Translations under genes and position numbers: made by a program | Shown: positions 24,957 through 33,954 of the stretch, one piece after another | Layout: each line of letters opens with the position of its first letter | How positions within the stretch are numbered: position 1 is the first letter of the stretch | The notes under the pieces: generated by a model | The model's input: the letters and a program-made list of their open reading frames with translations, nothing else | Databases searched by the model: none | Told to the model about the DNA's origin: nothing | Assembly (NCBI GenBank): GCA_963821905.1 | Contig: CAWGFP010000007.1 | Coordinates: forward strand, 35,116-99,115 | Source of the DNA: Thermoanaerobaculia bacterium | GTDB taxonomy: Bacteria > Acidobacteriota > Thermoanaerobaculia > Multivoradales > JAGPDF01 | Reading direction: 5' to 3' | Length of the DNA: 64,000 nucleotides

Positions 24957-26144
24957 TCAGCCGATGACCGGCAGCGGCGAGGCGAGCTCGCGGTGCTGCG
25001 GGGTGAGCGCGTGGCGGTACTTGCGCGCCGTGGGCGCGGTTTCCTCGCGCGTCACCAGGCGCTCGTAGAGATTGGTGCGCTGCCGGGGCGTGTAGCCGGC
25101 CTGCGAGATGAGATGCTCCATCTCGTCCTGGCTCATCTGATAGTGCGTGCCGGCCGCCGAGACGACGTTCTCCTCGATCATGATCGAGCCCATGTCGTCG
25201 GCGCCGAACTTCAGCGCCAGCTGGCCGATCTTCTTGCCCTGGGTGACCCAGCAGGTCTGCAAGTGGCGGATGTTGTCGATGAAGAGCCGCGACACCGCGA
25301 GCGTCTTCAGGTACTCGTGGGCGTAGGTTTCCGGAACGTGCTCGAGCTCGGTGTGCTCGTGCTGGAAGGTCCAGGAGATGAAGGCGGTGAAGCCGCCGGT
25401 CTCGTCCTGCAGGTCGCGGATCCGCTGCATGGTCTCGAGCCGCGGCTCCAGCCCTTCGCCCATGCCGTACATCATGGTCGAGGAGGTGCGCAGGCCGAGC
25501 CGGTGCGCCTGGCGCATGATGTCGATCCACTCTTCGGCCGAGGTCTTGGCGTAGGCGAGGATGTCCTTGCGGGTGCCGTCCGAGAGCAGCTCGGCGCCGC
25601 CGCCCGGGATCGACATCAGACCCGCGGCCTTCAAGCGGGCGATGACGTCGTGAAAGCTCATGCGCTCCTTGCGCGCCACGAACTTGATCTCGGGCGGCGA
25701 GAAGGCGTGAACGTGGCATTCGGGGTAGTGCTGCCGGATGTAGTGCAGCAGGTCCTCGTAGTAGGACAACGGCAGATCGGGGTGCACGCCACCCTGCATC
25801 AGGATGCCGGTGCCGTTGAGCGCCAGGGTCTCCTCGATCTTGCGGCCGATCTCCTCGTTCGGCAAAAGGTAGCCCTCGGCGTCGCCGGGCGGGCGGTAGA
25901 AGGCGCAGAACCGGCACTTGTACACGCAGACGTTGGTGTAGTTGATGTTGCGGTCGATGTTGTAGGTGGCGACCGCGGCATCGTTCTGCCGCTCGCGGAC
26001 CTCGTTCGCGGCCAGGCCGAGCTCGAGCAGGTCACCGTCGAGGAGCAAGGTGTGAGCATCGCCGGCGCTCAGGCGGTTTCCTGAGCGGGTGTCGTCCAGG
26101 ATGGCGGAAACCGGCCGTCCCGACGGACGCAGGTCCATGGTCAT
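24957..26144 (-). CDS. mqnC: radical SAM enzyme of the MqnC/MqnE/CofH family, probably cyclic dehypoxanthinyl futalosine synthase MqnC
   Basis: Intact 395-aa ORF: DRNINYTNVCVYKCRFCAFYR (CX3CX2C), LMQGGVHPDL, IPGGGAELL, MMYGMGE, RDLQDETGGFTAFISWTF, IDNIRHLQTCWVTQG, GADDMGS. The family call is solid. The choice of MqnC over MqnE is from memory of N-terminal patterns. Confidence 0.8.
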   Translation of the reverse strand: MTMDLRPSGRPVSAILDDTRSGNRLSAGDAHTLLLDGDLLELGLAANEVRERQNDAAVATYNIDRNINYTNVCVYKCRFCAFYRPPGDAEGYLLPNEEIGRKIEETLALNGTGILMQGGVHPDLPLSYYEDLLHYIRQHYPECHVHAFSPPEIKFVARKERMSFHDVIARLKAAGLMSIPGGGAELLSDGTRKDILAYAKTSAEEWIDIMRQAHRLGLRTSSTMMYGMGEGLEPRLETMQRIRDLQDETGGFTAFISWTFQHEHTELEHVPETYAHEYLKTLAVSRLFIDNIRHLQTCWVTQGKKIGQLALKFGADDMGSIMIEENVVSAAGTHYQMSQDEMEHLISQAGYTPRQRTNLYERLVTREETAPTARKYRHALTPQHRELASPLPVIG

Positions 26145-26219
26145 GAGGCGTACTCTAAGGCAAGCCGCGCCGGCGCGGCAAACGCCGCCCGGAACCAGAA
26201 CCCATGAAGATCGAGAGCC

Positions 26220-26480
26220 TTAGACGCCCCGGTCGAGCAGCGATCGACCCCATGCCGTCAGATGAGCTCGCAGGGGCAGCCGGTGTCCCAGAACGCCCTG
26301 GAAGTGAATGGCCTGGAGGGCGAGCAAGCGGTCCACGGCCTCGCGCGCGACCGGCTCGCTGGGACCGAAGTCGTAGACCGGATTGAGGTTTTCGTCGAGC
26401 AGGCGGAAGAGCCCGTTACCCTCGGCGACGCGTTGGAGAATTCCGATCTCGCGAGGATTGAGAGGGGTATTTTGCGGCAC
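26220..26480 (-). CDS. small hypothetical protein (86 aa)
   Basis: ORF only, in a clean region and co-directional with mqnC. No recognisable motif except a weak LNPREIGILQRVAEG resemblance to LuxR-type helix starts. Confidence 0.3.
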   Translation of the reverse strand: MPQNTPLNPREIGILQRVAEGNGLFRLLDENLNPVYDFGPSEPVAREAVDRLLALQAIHFQGVLGHRLPLRAHLTAWGRSLLDRGV

Positions 26481-26633
26481 CTTCGTCCGAGACGCGCTCC
26501 CAGGGAGTGGGCTCGTCGAGGGAAAAATTTGCTGGCTCCTGCGGTGGGGTTCGGTCTGGCATGCATAATTAGTGCTAGCTCTCTAACGAAGATTGCGCCA
26601 GACCGGCGCGCCGCGCAGACTCATCGAGACAAC

Positions 26634-26775
26634 TCAGTGACAGGCCGGCCAGGAGCGCGCGGCGTCGACGGTGTAAACGGCGGCGGAGAGAAAGACCCGG
26701 TCGGCGGCGGGCTCGGCGGCCCGCAACGGCAGGGCCAGCGCCAGCAGCGCTAGCCCGATCGCCGCCCGCCGTGGT
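26634..26775 (-). pseudogene. truncated N-terminus of an amidohydrolase-like secreted protein (signal peptide plus first strand only)
   Basis: Reads [47 protein letters not shown] then a stop. This resembles the signal peptide plus the ...IYTVD... start of COG1574-type amidohydrolases. No continuation exists in any frame. Confidence 0.35.
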
Positions 26776-26776
26776 G

Positions 26777-28324
26777 TCAGACCTTGAACTCCACGCCCTG
26801 CGCCAGCGGCAGGTTCGTCGCCCCAGTTGAGCGTGCAGGTCTGGCGGCGCATGTAGGCCTTCCAGGAGTCGGAGCCGGCCTCGCGGCCGCCGCCGGTCTC
26901 CTTCTCGCCGCCGAAGGCGCCGCCGATCTCGGCGCCCGAGGTGCCGATGTTGACGTTGGCGATGCCGCAGTCGCTGCCGGTCGCGGACGAGGAAGCGCTC
27001 GGCCGAGCGCATGTTGAGGGTGAAGATCGCCGACGACAGACCCTGCGGCACGCTCGTTGTGGACCGCGATCGCCTCGTCGAGGGTCGTCGAACTCGAAGA
27101 GGTAGAGGATCGGCGCGAAGGTCTCCTCGCAGGTGATCGGCATGTGCGGCGTCGCCTCGACCAGCGTCGGCTCGACGAAGAAGCCCGGGCGGTCGAGCAC
27201 CTTGCCGCCGTAGAGGACGCGGCCGCCCTGCGCCTGCGACCTGCTCGAGCGCATGGCGTGAAGTCCGTCCACCGCTGCTGCGTCGATCAGCGGGCCCATG
27301 AGCGTCGCGGCTTCGGCCGGGTCGCCGATGCGGATCGAGCCGTAGGCCGCCACGAGGCGGCGCTTCATCTCGGCGGCGATGCCCTTGTGCAGGAAGAGGC
27401 GGCGGGTCGTGGTGCAGCGCTGGCCGGCGGTGCCCACGGCGGCGAACAGCACGGCGCGCAGCGCGAGGTCGAGGTCGGCGTCGTCCATCACCACGATGCC
27501 GTTGTTGCCGCCGAGCTCGAGCAGGGCGCGGCCGAAGCGGTCGGCGAGCACCTTGCCCACCTCGCGGCCCATGCGCGTCGAGCCGGTGGCGGAGATGAGC
27601 GGCACCCGCTGGTCGGCGACCAGCTGCTCGCCGACGCCGGTGCGCCCGCCCATGACCAGGTTGAAGATCGGCGGCGCGCCGTTGGCTTCGAGCACGCGCT
27701 GGGCGATCTTGGTCACGGCGATGGCGGAGAGCGGCGTCTGGTGCGACGGCTTCCAGATCATCGAGTCGCCGCAGACCGCGGCCGAGCATGGCGTTCCAGG
27801 CCCAGACCGCGACCGGGAAGTTGAAGGCGGTGATGACGCCGACCGGGCCGAGCGGATGCCACTGCTCGTACATCCGGTGATTGGGCCGCTCGGAGTGCAT
27901 CGAGAGGCCGTAGAGCTGGCGCGACAGGCCGACGGCGAAGTCGGCCATGTCGATCATCTCCTGCACTTCGCCCAGGCCCTCGCGAGCGGATCTTGCCCAC
28001 CTCGAGCGTCACCAGCAGGCCGAGATCCTCCTTGTGCTCGGCGCAGCGCCTCGCCGAGCTGGCGCACGACCTCGCCGCGCTTCGGCGCCGGCCAGGTGCG
28101 CCATTCGTCGGAAGGCCTCGAGCGAGGACGGCGGCGACGCGCTCGTAGTCCTCGGCCGAGGCGTAGCGCACCGCGGCGATCGGCTCGCCGGTAGCCGGGT
28201 TGAGCGACTCGAGGCGCTCGCCGTGAGTCTGGATCCAGGCGCCGTCGAAGGCGCCGGCGTTCTCCTCGGCGAGGCCGAGACGGGAAAGAAGTTGGGCCGT
28301 GGAAGCGTCGGTATGGACCGTCAT
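26777..28324 (-). CDS. ALDH7-type aldehyde dehydrogenase (alpha-aminoadipic semialdehyde / piperideine-6-carboxylate dehydrogenase), several frame changes
   Basis: N-terminus [45 protein letters not shown]. Then [56 protein letters not shown] (very ALDH7-like), [44 protein letters not shown], and the tail TCTLNWG..EFKV with the stop at 26777-26779. Confidence 0.85.
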
Positions 28325-28384
28325 GGGAACTCCTCCGGGGGTGTGCGGGAATGGGCCGCGAGGCCCGCGAGGAGTCTATCAGGT

Positions 28385-28427
28385 GGGGTCAGGTCTTGAA
28401 AAAACCGTCAATTCAAGACCTGACCCC
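28385..28427 (-). terminator. perfect 16-bp hairpin downstream of the TonB-dependent receptor gene
   Basis: GGGGTCAGGTCTTGAA (28385-28400), 11-nt A-rich loop, TTCAAGACCTGACCCC (28412-28427). It lies 18 nt after the receptor stop and ~60 nt before the next start. There is no clean U-tract after the stem. Confidence 0.45.
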
Positions 28428-28444
28428 GAATTCGAAGCACGGCG

Positions 28445-30736
28445 CTAGAAACGGATCCGGTACGACAGCTTGACGTTGCGGCCGGGCTCGGGGCGAAAGA
28501 AGGTGGCGTTGGAGAACTCGGCGTAGAGCTCGTCGGCGAGATTCTCGATCGCCAGAGTGGCTTCATGGATCATGCCCGCGAACTCGAAAAGGCGGGCGCC
28601 GCCGGCGAGGCCATGAACGGTGAAACCAGGGAGACGGCTGCCGACCGGCGGCACCGGCTCGTCGGGATCCAGGTTGGCGTCGGTCGCGCCGTTGTGACGC
28701 ACGCGGTATTCGGCCCAGAACCGGCCGCCGCTCGGCTCGTAGCGCACCCAGCCGACGTACTTGTTGCCATAGGTGTCGCCGGTGGGCGGGTTGGTGGAGT
28801 CGATGCGCTCGCCGTCGAGCACGCTGATGTTGGCGCCGACGGTGACGCCGAACCGGGTGCGGTAGCCAGCCGCCATCTCGACACCCTCGTAGCGCAGCTG
28901 CTCGGCATTGCGCTGCTGCACGACGAAGCGCGCGCGGCTGGCCAGGATCTCGGCTCGCACGTCCGGCGGCAGGGCGGCGATCTCCGCTGGCGAGAGGAAA
29001 TATTGAATGACGCCGTCATCGATCTCGCTGCGGAAGCCCACCACTTCGACGAATGCGTTCGGCCGCCGGTACTTGAACCCGAGATCCCAGTTGTCGCTGT
29101 CTTCGGACTGCAGGGCGGGATTGAGGATCTGGTAACCGTCGCCCTCGGGGGTCGGGCCGTTGAACAGGCGCTCGATGATGTTGGGGGCGCGAAATCCCGT
29201 GCCGTAGGAGCCCAGGGCGTTGAACGAGTCGTTGACCTGGTAGGTGGCGGTCAGCGCGCCGACCAGCTTGTCGTCCGAGAAATCGAGTCCCGTGATGTCC
29301 CAACCCGGCGTCGCCTCGGCGCGCGTCGATACCTTCTGCCAGCGGGCGCCGGCGGTGACGCGCAGGCGAGCGCTCGGTGTCCATTCGTCCTGGGCGAAGA
29401 AGCCGAGACTGTCGTTGCTGGCGTTGGGTGCGTTGGCCACGGTGTCGTGGCTGGGCACCACCATCTCGAACGGCGGAAACGGGAAACGCAGCGTGGTGAC
29501 GGTGCTCGAGTCGTCGGTGTTGACGCTGTCGTCGCGGTAGGCCTCGCTGCCCCAGGTGAAGAGATGCGCCGAACCCAGCGCCTTGATCGCCTCGAGCCGC
29601 AGCCCCCAAGTGTCGAGATCGGTCTGGTTGCGAGTGTCGATCGCCACTCCCGAATGCGGGAAGCCCGGCCCCAGCGGACCGATGTCGATGTCGATGTCGT
29701 TGACCAGGGCGCGTTCGTTGGACTGCCAGTACGCCTTGGCGTCCACCGTGTCGGCGACCGGCAGCTCGAGGCCCGAGCCCTCGTAGCTCAACGCGTAGCG
29801 ATCGAAGTCCTGGAACGGATAGAGAATCCGGATGCTGGTCGAGGTGTCGCCGTCGAACGCCGCCGGATCGACGAAGCCGAAGCCGCTCTGGTCGGCGCGG
29901 TAGCTCTGGGCGCGGAGACGGAGGAACTGGCTGGGGTCCAACTGGAAGATGAAGTTGCCCCACAGACTGCGGTCGTCGACGCTGCTGTCCGTAACTGGCG
30001 TTTCTTCGCCGAGGTGGATGTCGCCGAAATCTCCCGCGGGGGCGTCGTAGTCCTCGCTCGCGCGATCCGCCGCGCCGAGCTCGCCGTCGAAGCGACCCCA
30101 TCGCGCTGCGACCGATCCCGCCGCGCGCGTCGACTCCGCCGCGGAGCCGTAACGGCCCTCGGCGTGGCCGCCGAAGCTCCTGCCCGAGAGGATGCTAGGC
30201 CGCGTCGGCACCAGGTTGAGCACGCCACCGATCGCGTCGCTGCCGTAGAGCACGGACGCTGGCCCGCGCACCACCTCGACCGCGTCGACGCTGGCAACGT
30301 CGACCAGCCCGGTGATCTCGCCGAAGTCGGTCTGCCGGCGGGCGTTGTTGAGACGCAGTCCATCCTCCAGGAACAGCACCCGCAGGCCGCGCTGGCCGCG
30401 GATGATGGGCCGCGCTTGGTTCGGTCCGACGCCCTGAACGTCGACGCCGGGCTGGTTGCGCAGCAGGTCCGCCGCGTTGTCGGGCTGTTGGCGCGCGATC
30501 TCGGCGGCCGGCAACACGGTGACCGGGGTCGCCAGCTCGAAGGTCGGGCGCTCGGCGCCGGTGGCGGTCACCGTCACGCTGTCGAAGAACGAGGCCGTGG
30601 CTTCATCCGGCGGTGGGGTAGCGGATTCTTCGGGTTCGTCAGACGCCGGCGGGCTGACCTCCTGGGCGGTCATGATGTGGGCCGACAGCACAGCGAGCGC
30701 AACGCTCATGAGCGTCGAGAGCAATTTGTTCGGCAT
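28445..30736 (-). CDS. TonB-dependent outer-membrane receptor
   Basis: Intact 763-aa ORF with a signal peptide, TonB-box-like DSVTVTATG, plug motifs (RGPASVLYGSDAIGGVLNLV), and a long beta-barrel ending in KLSYRIRF (terminal aromatic). Confidence 0.9.
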   Translation of the reverse strand: MPNKLLSTLMSVALAVLSAHIMTAQEVSPPASDEPEESATPPPDEATASFFDSVTVTATGAERPTFELATPVTVLPAAEIARQQPDNAADLLRNQPGVDVQGVGPNQARPIIRGQRGLRVLFLEDGLRLNNARRQTDFGEITGLVDVASVDAVEVVRGPASVLYGSDAIGGVLNLVPTRPSILSGRSFGGHAEGRYGSAAESTRAAGSVAARWGRFDGELGAADRASEDYDAPAGDFGDIHLGEETPVTDSSVDDRSLWGNFIFQLDPSQFLRLRAQSYRADQSGFGFVDPAAFDGDTSTSIRILYPFQDFDRYALSYEGSGLELPVADTVDAKAYWQSNERALVNDIDIDIGPLGPGFPHSGVAIDTRNQTDLDTWGLRLEAIKALGSAHLFTWGSEAYRDDSVNTDDSSTVTTLRFPFPPFEMVVPSHDTVANAPNASNDSLGFFAQDEWTPSARLRVTAGARWQKVSTRAEATPGWDITGLDFSDDKLVGALTATYQVNDSFNALGSYGTGFRAPNIIERLFNGPTPEGDGYQILNPALQSEDSDNWDLGFKYRRPNAFVEVVGFRSEIDDGVIQYFLSPAEIAALPPDVRAEILASRARFVVQQRNAEQLRYEGVEMAAGYRTRFGVTVGANISVLDGERIDSTNPPTGDTYGNKYVGWVRYEPSGGRFWAEYRVRHNGATDANLDPDEPVPPVGSRLPGFTVHGLAGGARLFEFAGMIHEATLAIENLADELYAEFSNATFFRPEPGRNVKLSYRIRF

Positions 30737-30856
30737 GGCCGATCCTTCCCCGCGGCGACGGCTTCGAGCCGTGCCGCGTTCGTTTACCGGCCGCGATGCT
30801 GGGCGACCGGAGTTCGCGAGGCGGGCGCAGACGCGCCCAGGCGAATGACGAGGGGA

Positions 30857-31390
30857 TCAGGCCGCCGGCGGGGGCCGCGGTGAGGAGCGGGGACTGCGAA
30901 CCAGCAGGGAGGCGTGGCGAGCTCGCGGCGCCTCTCGGCGATGCGAGCGGCGATACTGCGGGGCCATGGAGCGAGCAAAGCGCCGCCCGAGAAGGGCGAC
31001 GAGCGGAGCGGCGAGGGCCCAGGGCAGCGCGACCAGCAACCCGGTGACCGGTCCCAGCGTCGCCGGCAGCGGCACCGGCCCAAGGTGGAGCAGCAGAGCC
31101 AGTAACCAGAAGACGATCGCCGGACGGCCCCGTAGGAGTGAGAGCCCGCGCCGGCGAAAGAAGAGCGCGAGACCGAGCAGCGCCGCCGCCAGCGCCCAAC
31201 GGAGCTGCACTTCTGGCTGGGTGAGCGAAGCGTCCCGCAGCCGCCCCGCGAACAACCAGGCGTGGAAGCCGACCAACGCGATCGTTGCGATCCAGCCGAC
31301 GAGCCGCAGCCCGCGTCGCAGCCAACGTCCCGGCGAGGATGCGCTGTTGGTCATGACCTTCTTGAAACGGTAGCACAAGGTGGTGGCCAC
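30857..31390 (-). CDS. hypothetical membrane protein (start may be 31354)
   Basis: ORF with 3-4 hydrophobic segments (LVGWIATIALVGFHAWLF, WALAAALLGLALFF, IVFWLLALLLHL, LLVALPWALAAPLVALL). The Arg/Pro-rich tail makes the 3' part doubtful. Confidence 0.4.
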   Translation of the reverse strand: MATTLCYRFKKVMTNSASSPGRWLRRGLRLVGWIATIALVGFHAWLFAGRLRDASLTQPEVQLRWALAAALLGLALFFRRRGLSLLRGRPAIVFWLLALLLHLGPVPLPATLGPVTGLLVALPWALAAPLVALLGRRFARSMAPQYRRSHRREAPRARHASLLVRSPRSSPRPPPAA

Positions 31391-31520
31391 GTTGTGCCCT
31401 GGGGACCACCCGAAACGAAAAGCTGTTGGCTCGCTCGCCCCCCTACCTGGAAGGACGGGAGGGCGGAGAGTTCGGGGGGTCGAGGAAGCGCGGATCTCGC
31501 GCGGCCTAGAATGACGGCGC

Positions 31521-33443
31521 GTGGCTTGGTTACTTCCAGCTGCCCTCGTTCTCCTGTTCGGTTTCTGGTGCGGGACGTTTCCCGGCGGCGCGACCGCGGG
31601 CGGCGCGATGACCGGCCAGCTCGCCGTGCTGGGCTCGCTGGCCTTGGCAGCGAGGCGTTGGGAAGATCCGCTTCGCTTGGGTGGCTGGCGGCGTCTCGTT
31701 CCTCAGCTGCTGGTGGTGACCGCGTTCCTTGCCATGCTGGTGTCGCCCGTGCCGCGCGCGGGCCGCGCGGCGGCGCTCCTCCTGCCGGCCTTCCTGATGG
31801 TGCCTGCCGCCGTCGAGCGTGCGCTGGCGCGACGCGAGAAGCGCGACGTGGCACTGCTCCTGTTGTCTCTTGCCACCGGGGCGGTCGCCGCCGCCAGCCT
31901 CGTCTGGCAGTTGGTCCAGGGTTCGTCCCGCGCGGCGATGCCCCTGGGACATCACAACCTGCTCTCCGGATTACTCGTCACGCTGCTGCCGGCGACGCTA
32001 CTGCCGCTACGCCGGAGCGGAGCTCCTCGTGTCATCGCCGCGCTCAGCGCCGGGCTGGTGGTCACGGCGGTCGTTCGTAGCGGGTCGCTGCTGGGAATGA
32101 CGGCGCTCGCCGTCGAGGCCGGCCTGGCCCTGCTCTGGTGGCGGAGGTTCCACAAGCTGCTCTTGCCGTGCGCGTTGCTGGTGCTGGCGCTCCAGATGCC
32201 GCGCGCCGCGGCGATCTTCCGCGGCGAGGACCCGTCGACTCAGGCGCGCCTGGTCTACCTCGATGCCGGCTGGCGCGGACTGTCGGCGCGGCCGTGGCTG
32301 GGCTGGGGGCCAGGTTCGACGCCGTGGACGATCTCGCAGTACCTGCGCCCGCGGCCCGGGGTCAACCCACCGTCGGAAGTGGTCGGAGATCTGCATTCGC
32401 TGCCGATGCAGATCCTCTACGAGCTCGGCGGGCTCGGCTTTCTCTTTACTCTCGGCACGGCGGCGATCTTCCTGCGCCGCCGGATCGCCGAGCGCGACGA
32501 CGCGGAGGATCCGGATCTTCTCGCCGCGGGCTTGATCGGCATGCTCGGCGCTGCCACCACGCGCATGGGCGGGGCCGCCCTCTCGGTCACCGCGTTACCG
32601 CTCGCGGCGGCGGTGGCGGCGGGGATCGCGCTGGCCGCGCGGCCGCGACGCGACGAGTCCGCTCCCCGCTGGCCGGGCCTCGCCTACGCGGCGGTGGCGT
32701 TGCTGGCGCTCTTGCCGCTCGACGTGGCGCAGGCCTTCTACGGGCGTGCCGCGGCCGCCTCCCGCAGCGGAGACGTCGACGCGGCGCGCGCGAACGTCGA
32801 GCGCGCGGCCAAGTGGGATCCTTCGTTCCCGCTCTACGGCGCGAGAAGCGCGTGGCTACGCGGCGAGCACGAAGCTGCGCGTCGGGCCGCGGTCTCAGCC
32901 GTGGCCTCGCCGCCGCTGTGGCTCGCAGCCGGCATGGTGGCAGCGTCGGCCGGCGCCGAATCGGCCGCAGCATCGCTCCAGCGAGCCTGCGCATTGGATC
33001 CGCTGGGCGCTCCGGCGCCGATGCAACTGGCGATGGAGCAGGCGGAAAACGCCCCGGCCCTCGCGGCCCGGTCGGCCGCTCGCGCCCTGCTCGCGGAGCC
33101 GCGTTATCTCGCGGCCCGTTTCTGGATCGGCCGCGGGAGCTTGCGCGCCGCGACGCTCGCCGAGATCGAGCGTTGGCCGGGAGTCGACGTGGGCTGGAAA
33201 GCGAGTCTCGTGGAGCTGGCGAACACCGTCATTCCGTCGCCGAGCGGACAGCCGGCGCGACTCGGGCTCGACTTGGATCTCGAGCCGGCGCTCTCCTTCT
33301 CGCTCTACGCCTTTCGCCGCGAGGCCTGGCCGGCGACCCTGGCGCCGATCGACGTGGACGCCGATGCCGCCCGCAAGATCACGATCCCGCCGGCGTCGAC
33401 GCTGCCGACGACGCCGGCGGACGCCTTCGATCCGAGTTGCTGA
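31521..33443 (+). CDS. O-antigen ligase (Wzy_C)-like polytopic membrane protein with a C-terminal helical-repeat region
   Basis: Intact 640-aa ORF (GTG start) with ~10 TM segments. It has WLGWGPGSTPW and HSLPMQILYELGGLGFLF, typical of O-antigen ligase-like proteins. The C-terminal 230 aa is Ala-rich and TPR-like. Confidence 0.7.
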   Translation: MAWLLPAALVLLFGFWCGTFPGGATAGGAMTGQLAVLGSLALAARRWEDPLRLGGWRRLVPQLLVVTAFLAMLVSPVPRAGRAAALLLPAFLMVPAAVERALARREKRDVALLLLSLATGAVAAASLVWQLVQGSSRAAMPLGHHNLLSGLLVTLLPATLLPLRRSGAPRVIAALSAGLVVTAVVRSGSLLGMTALAVEAGLALLWWRRFHKLLLPCALLVLALQMPRAAAIFRGEDPSTQARLVYLDAGWRGLSARPWLGWGPGSTPWTISQYLRPRPGVNPPSEVVGDLHSLPMQILYELGGLGFLFTLGTAAIFLRRRIAERDDAEDPDLLAAGLIGMLGAATTRMGGAALSVTALPLAAAVAAGIALAARPRRDESAPRWPGLAYAAVALLALLPLDVAQAFYGRAAAASRSGDVDAARANVERAAKWDPSFPLYGARSAWLRGEHEAARRAAVSAVASPPLWLAAGMVAASAGAESAAASLQRACALDPLGAPAPMQLAMEQAENAPALAARSAARALLAEPRYLAARFWIGRGSLRAATLAEIERWPGVDVGWKASLVELANTVIPSPSGQPARLGLDLDLEPALSFSLYAFRREAWPATLAPIDVDADAARKITIPPASTLPTTPADAFDPSC

Positions 33444-33452
33444 GATCCCTGC

Positions 33453-33893
33453 TCAGGGGCAGGTCGGGAAGGCGCTGGTGTGCTGGATCGGTTGGAAGGG
33501 AGTGCCCTGATTATTGGTGTAGGTGTTGATCGCGCCGCTCTTGAGGTCCTCGACCGTGATCACCGTCCGGACGTCCGTCAGGCCACCGGCGAAAACCCAG
33601 TAGCGCTCGTTGAGGCCGCAGCCATTCAGCACCTTGATCACCACCTCGACGTTGCTGGGGGTGAAGAACCACAAGTAGCCGGTGTCGTTGGTGAGCTGCT
33701 CGACGTTCGCGACGCCGTTGGACTGGGCGGTTTCCCAAGTGGCCGTGACGCGAAACCGGCCGCCCGAGATACAGAGCTGGGTGTCGACCGTGGTGCAGGT
33801 GGATTGTGCGACCGCCGGGCTGCCTGGGACGAGCCAGAGCGCGGCGAAGATGGTCAGTAGAGCGGCGGTTCGGGTCTGGCGAACGATGGACAT
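33453..33893 (-). CDS. small secreted Cys-containing hypothetical protein
   Basis: Signal peptide MSIVRQTRTAALLTIFAALWLVPGSPAVAQ. The mature part is beta-rich with Cys pairs (STCTT..LCISGGRFRV...VLNGCG...FPTCP). I have seen similar hypotheticals but cannot name a family. Confidence 0.55.
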   Translation of the reverse strand: MSIVRQTRTAALLTIFAALWLVPGSPAVAQSTCTTVDTQLCISGGRFRVTATWETAQSNGVANVEQLTNDTGYLWFFTPSNVEVVIKVLNGCGLNERYWVFAGGLTDVRTVITVEDLKSGAINTYTNNQGTPFQPIQHTSAFPTCP

Positions 33894-33954
33894 CGGTGCG
33901 GTCTCCCGTTGACCCACCGAGTATAGGAGCCGGGGCTCCTCTCGTCCACTTCGA

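Noticed and set aside
26164-26179. A perfect 16-nt GC palindrome, GCCGCGCCGGCGCGGC, between the small ORF and mqnC.
   Set aside because: Short GC-only palindromes are expected by chance at this base composition. There is no U-tract, no second copy, and no flanking half-sites to suggest an operator.
30737-30856. A possible cobalamin or other riboswitch in the leader of the TonB-dependent receptor gene.
   Set aside because: Only ~120 nt are available, no B12-box-like sequence is visible, and only a 5-bp local hairpin is present. The region may also be internal to an operon with the upstream membrane-protein ORF.
28565-30883. A 772-aa ORF antisense to the TonB-dependent receptor. Similar long antisense or alternate-frame ORFs include 22050..24164 (704 aa), 17906..19372 (488 aa), 7983..9548 (521 aa), 38490..39785 (431 aa) and 5508..6737 (409 aa).
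   Set aside because: All are Arg/Ala/Gly/Pro-rich with no recognisable motifs, and they mirror genes with strong family signatures on the other strand. Long stop-free antisense frames are expected in DNA this GC-rich.
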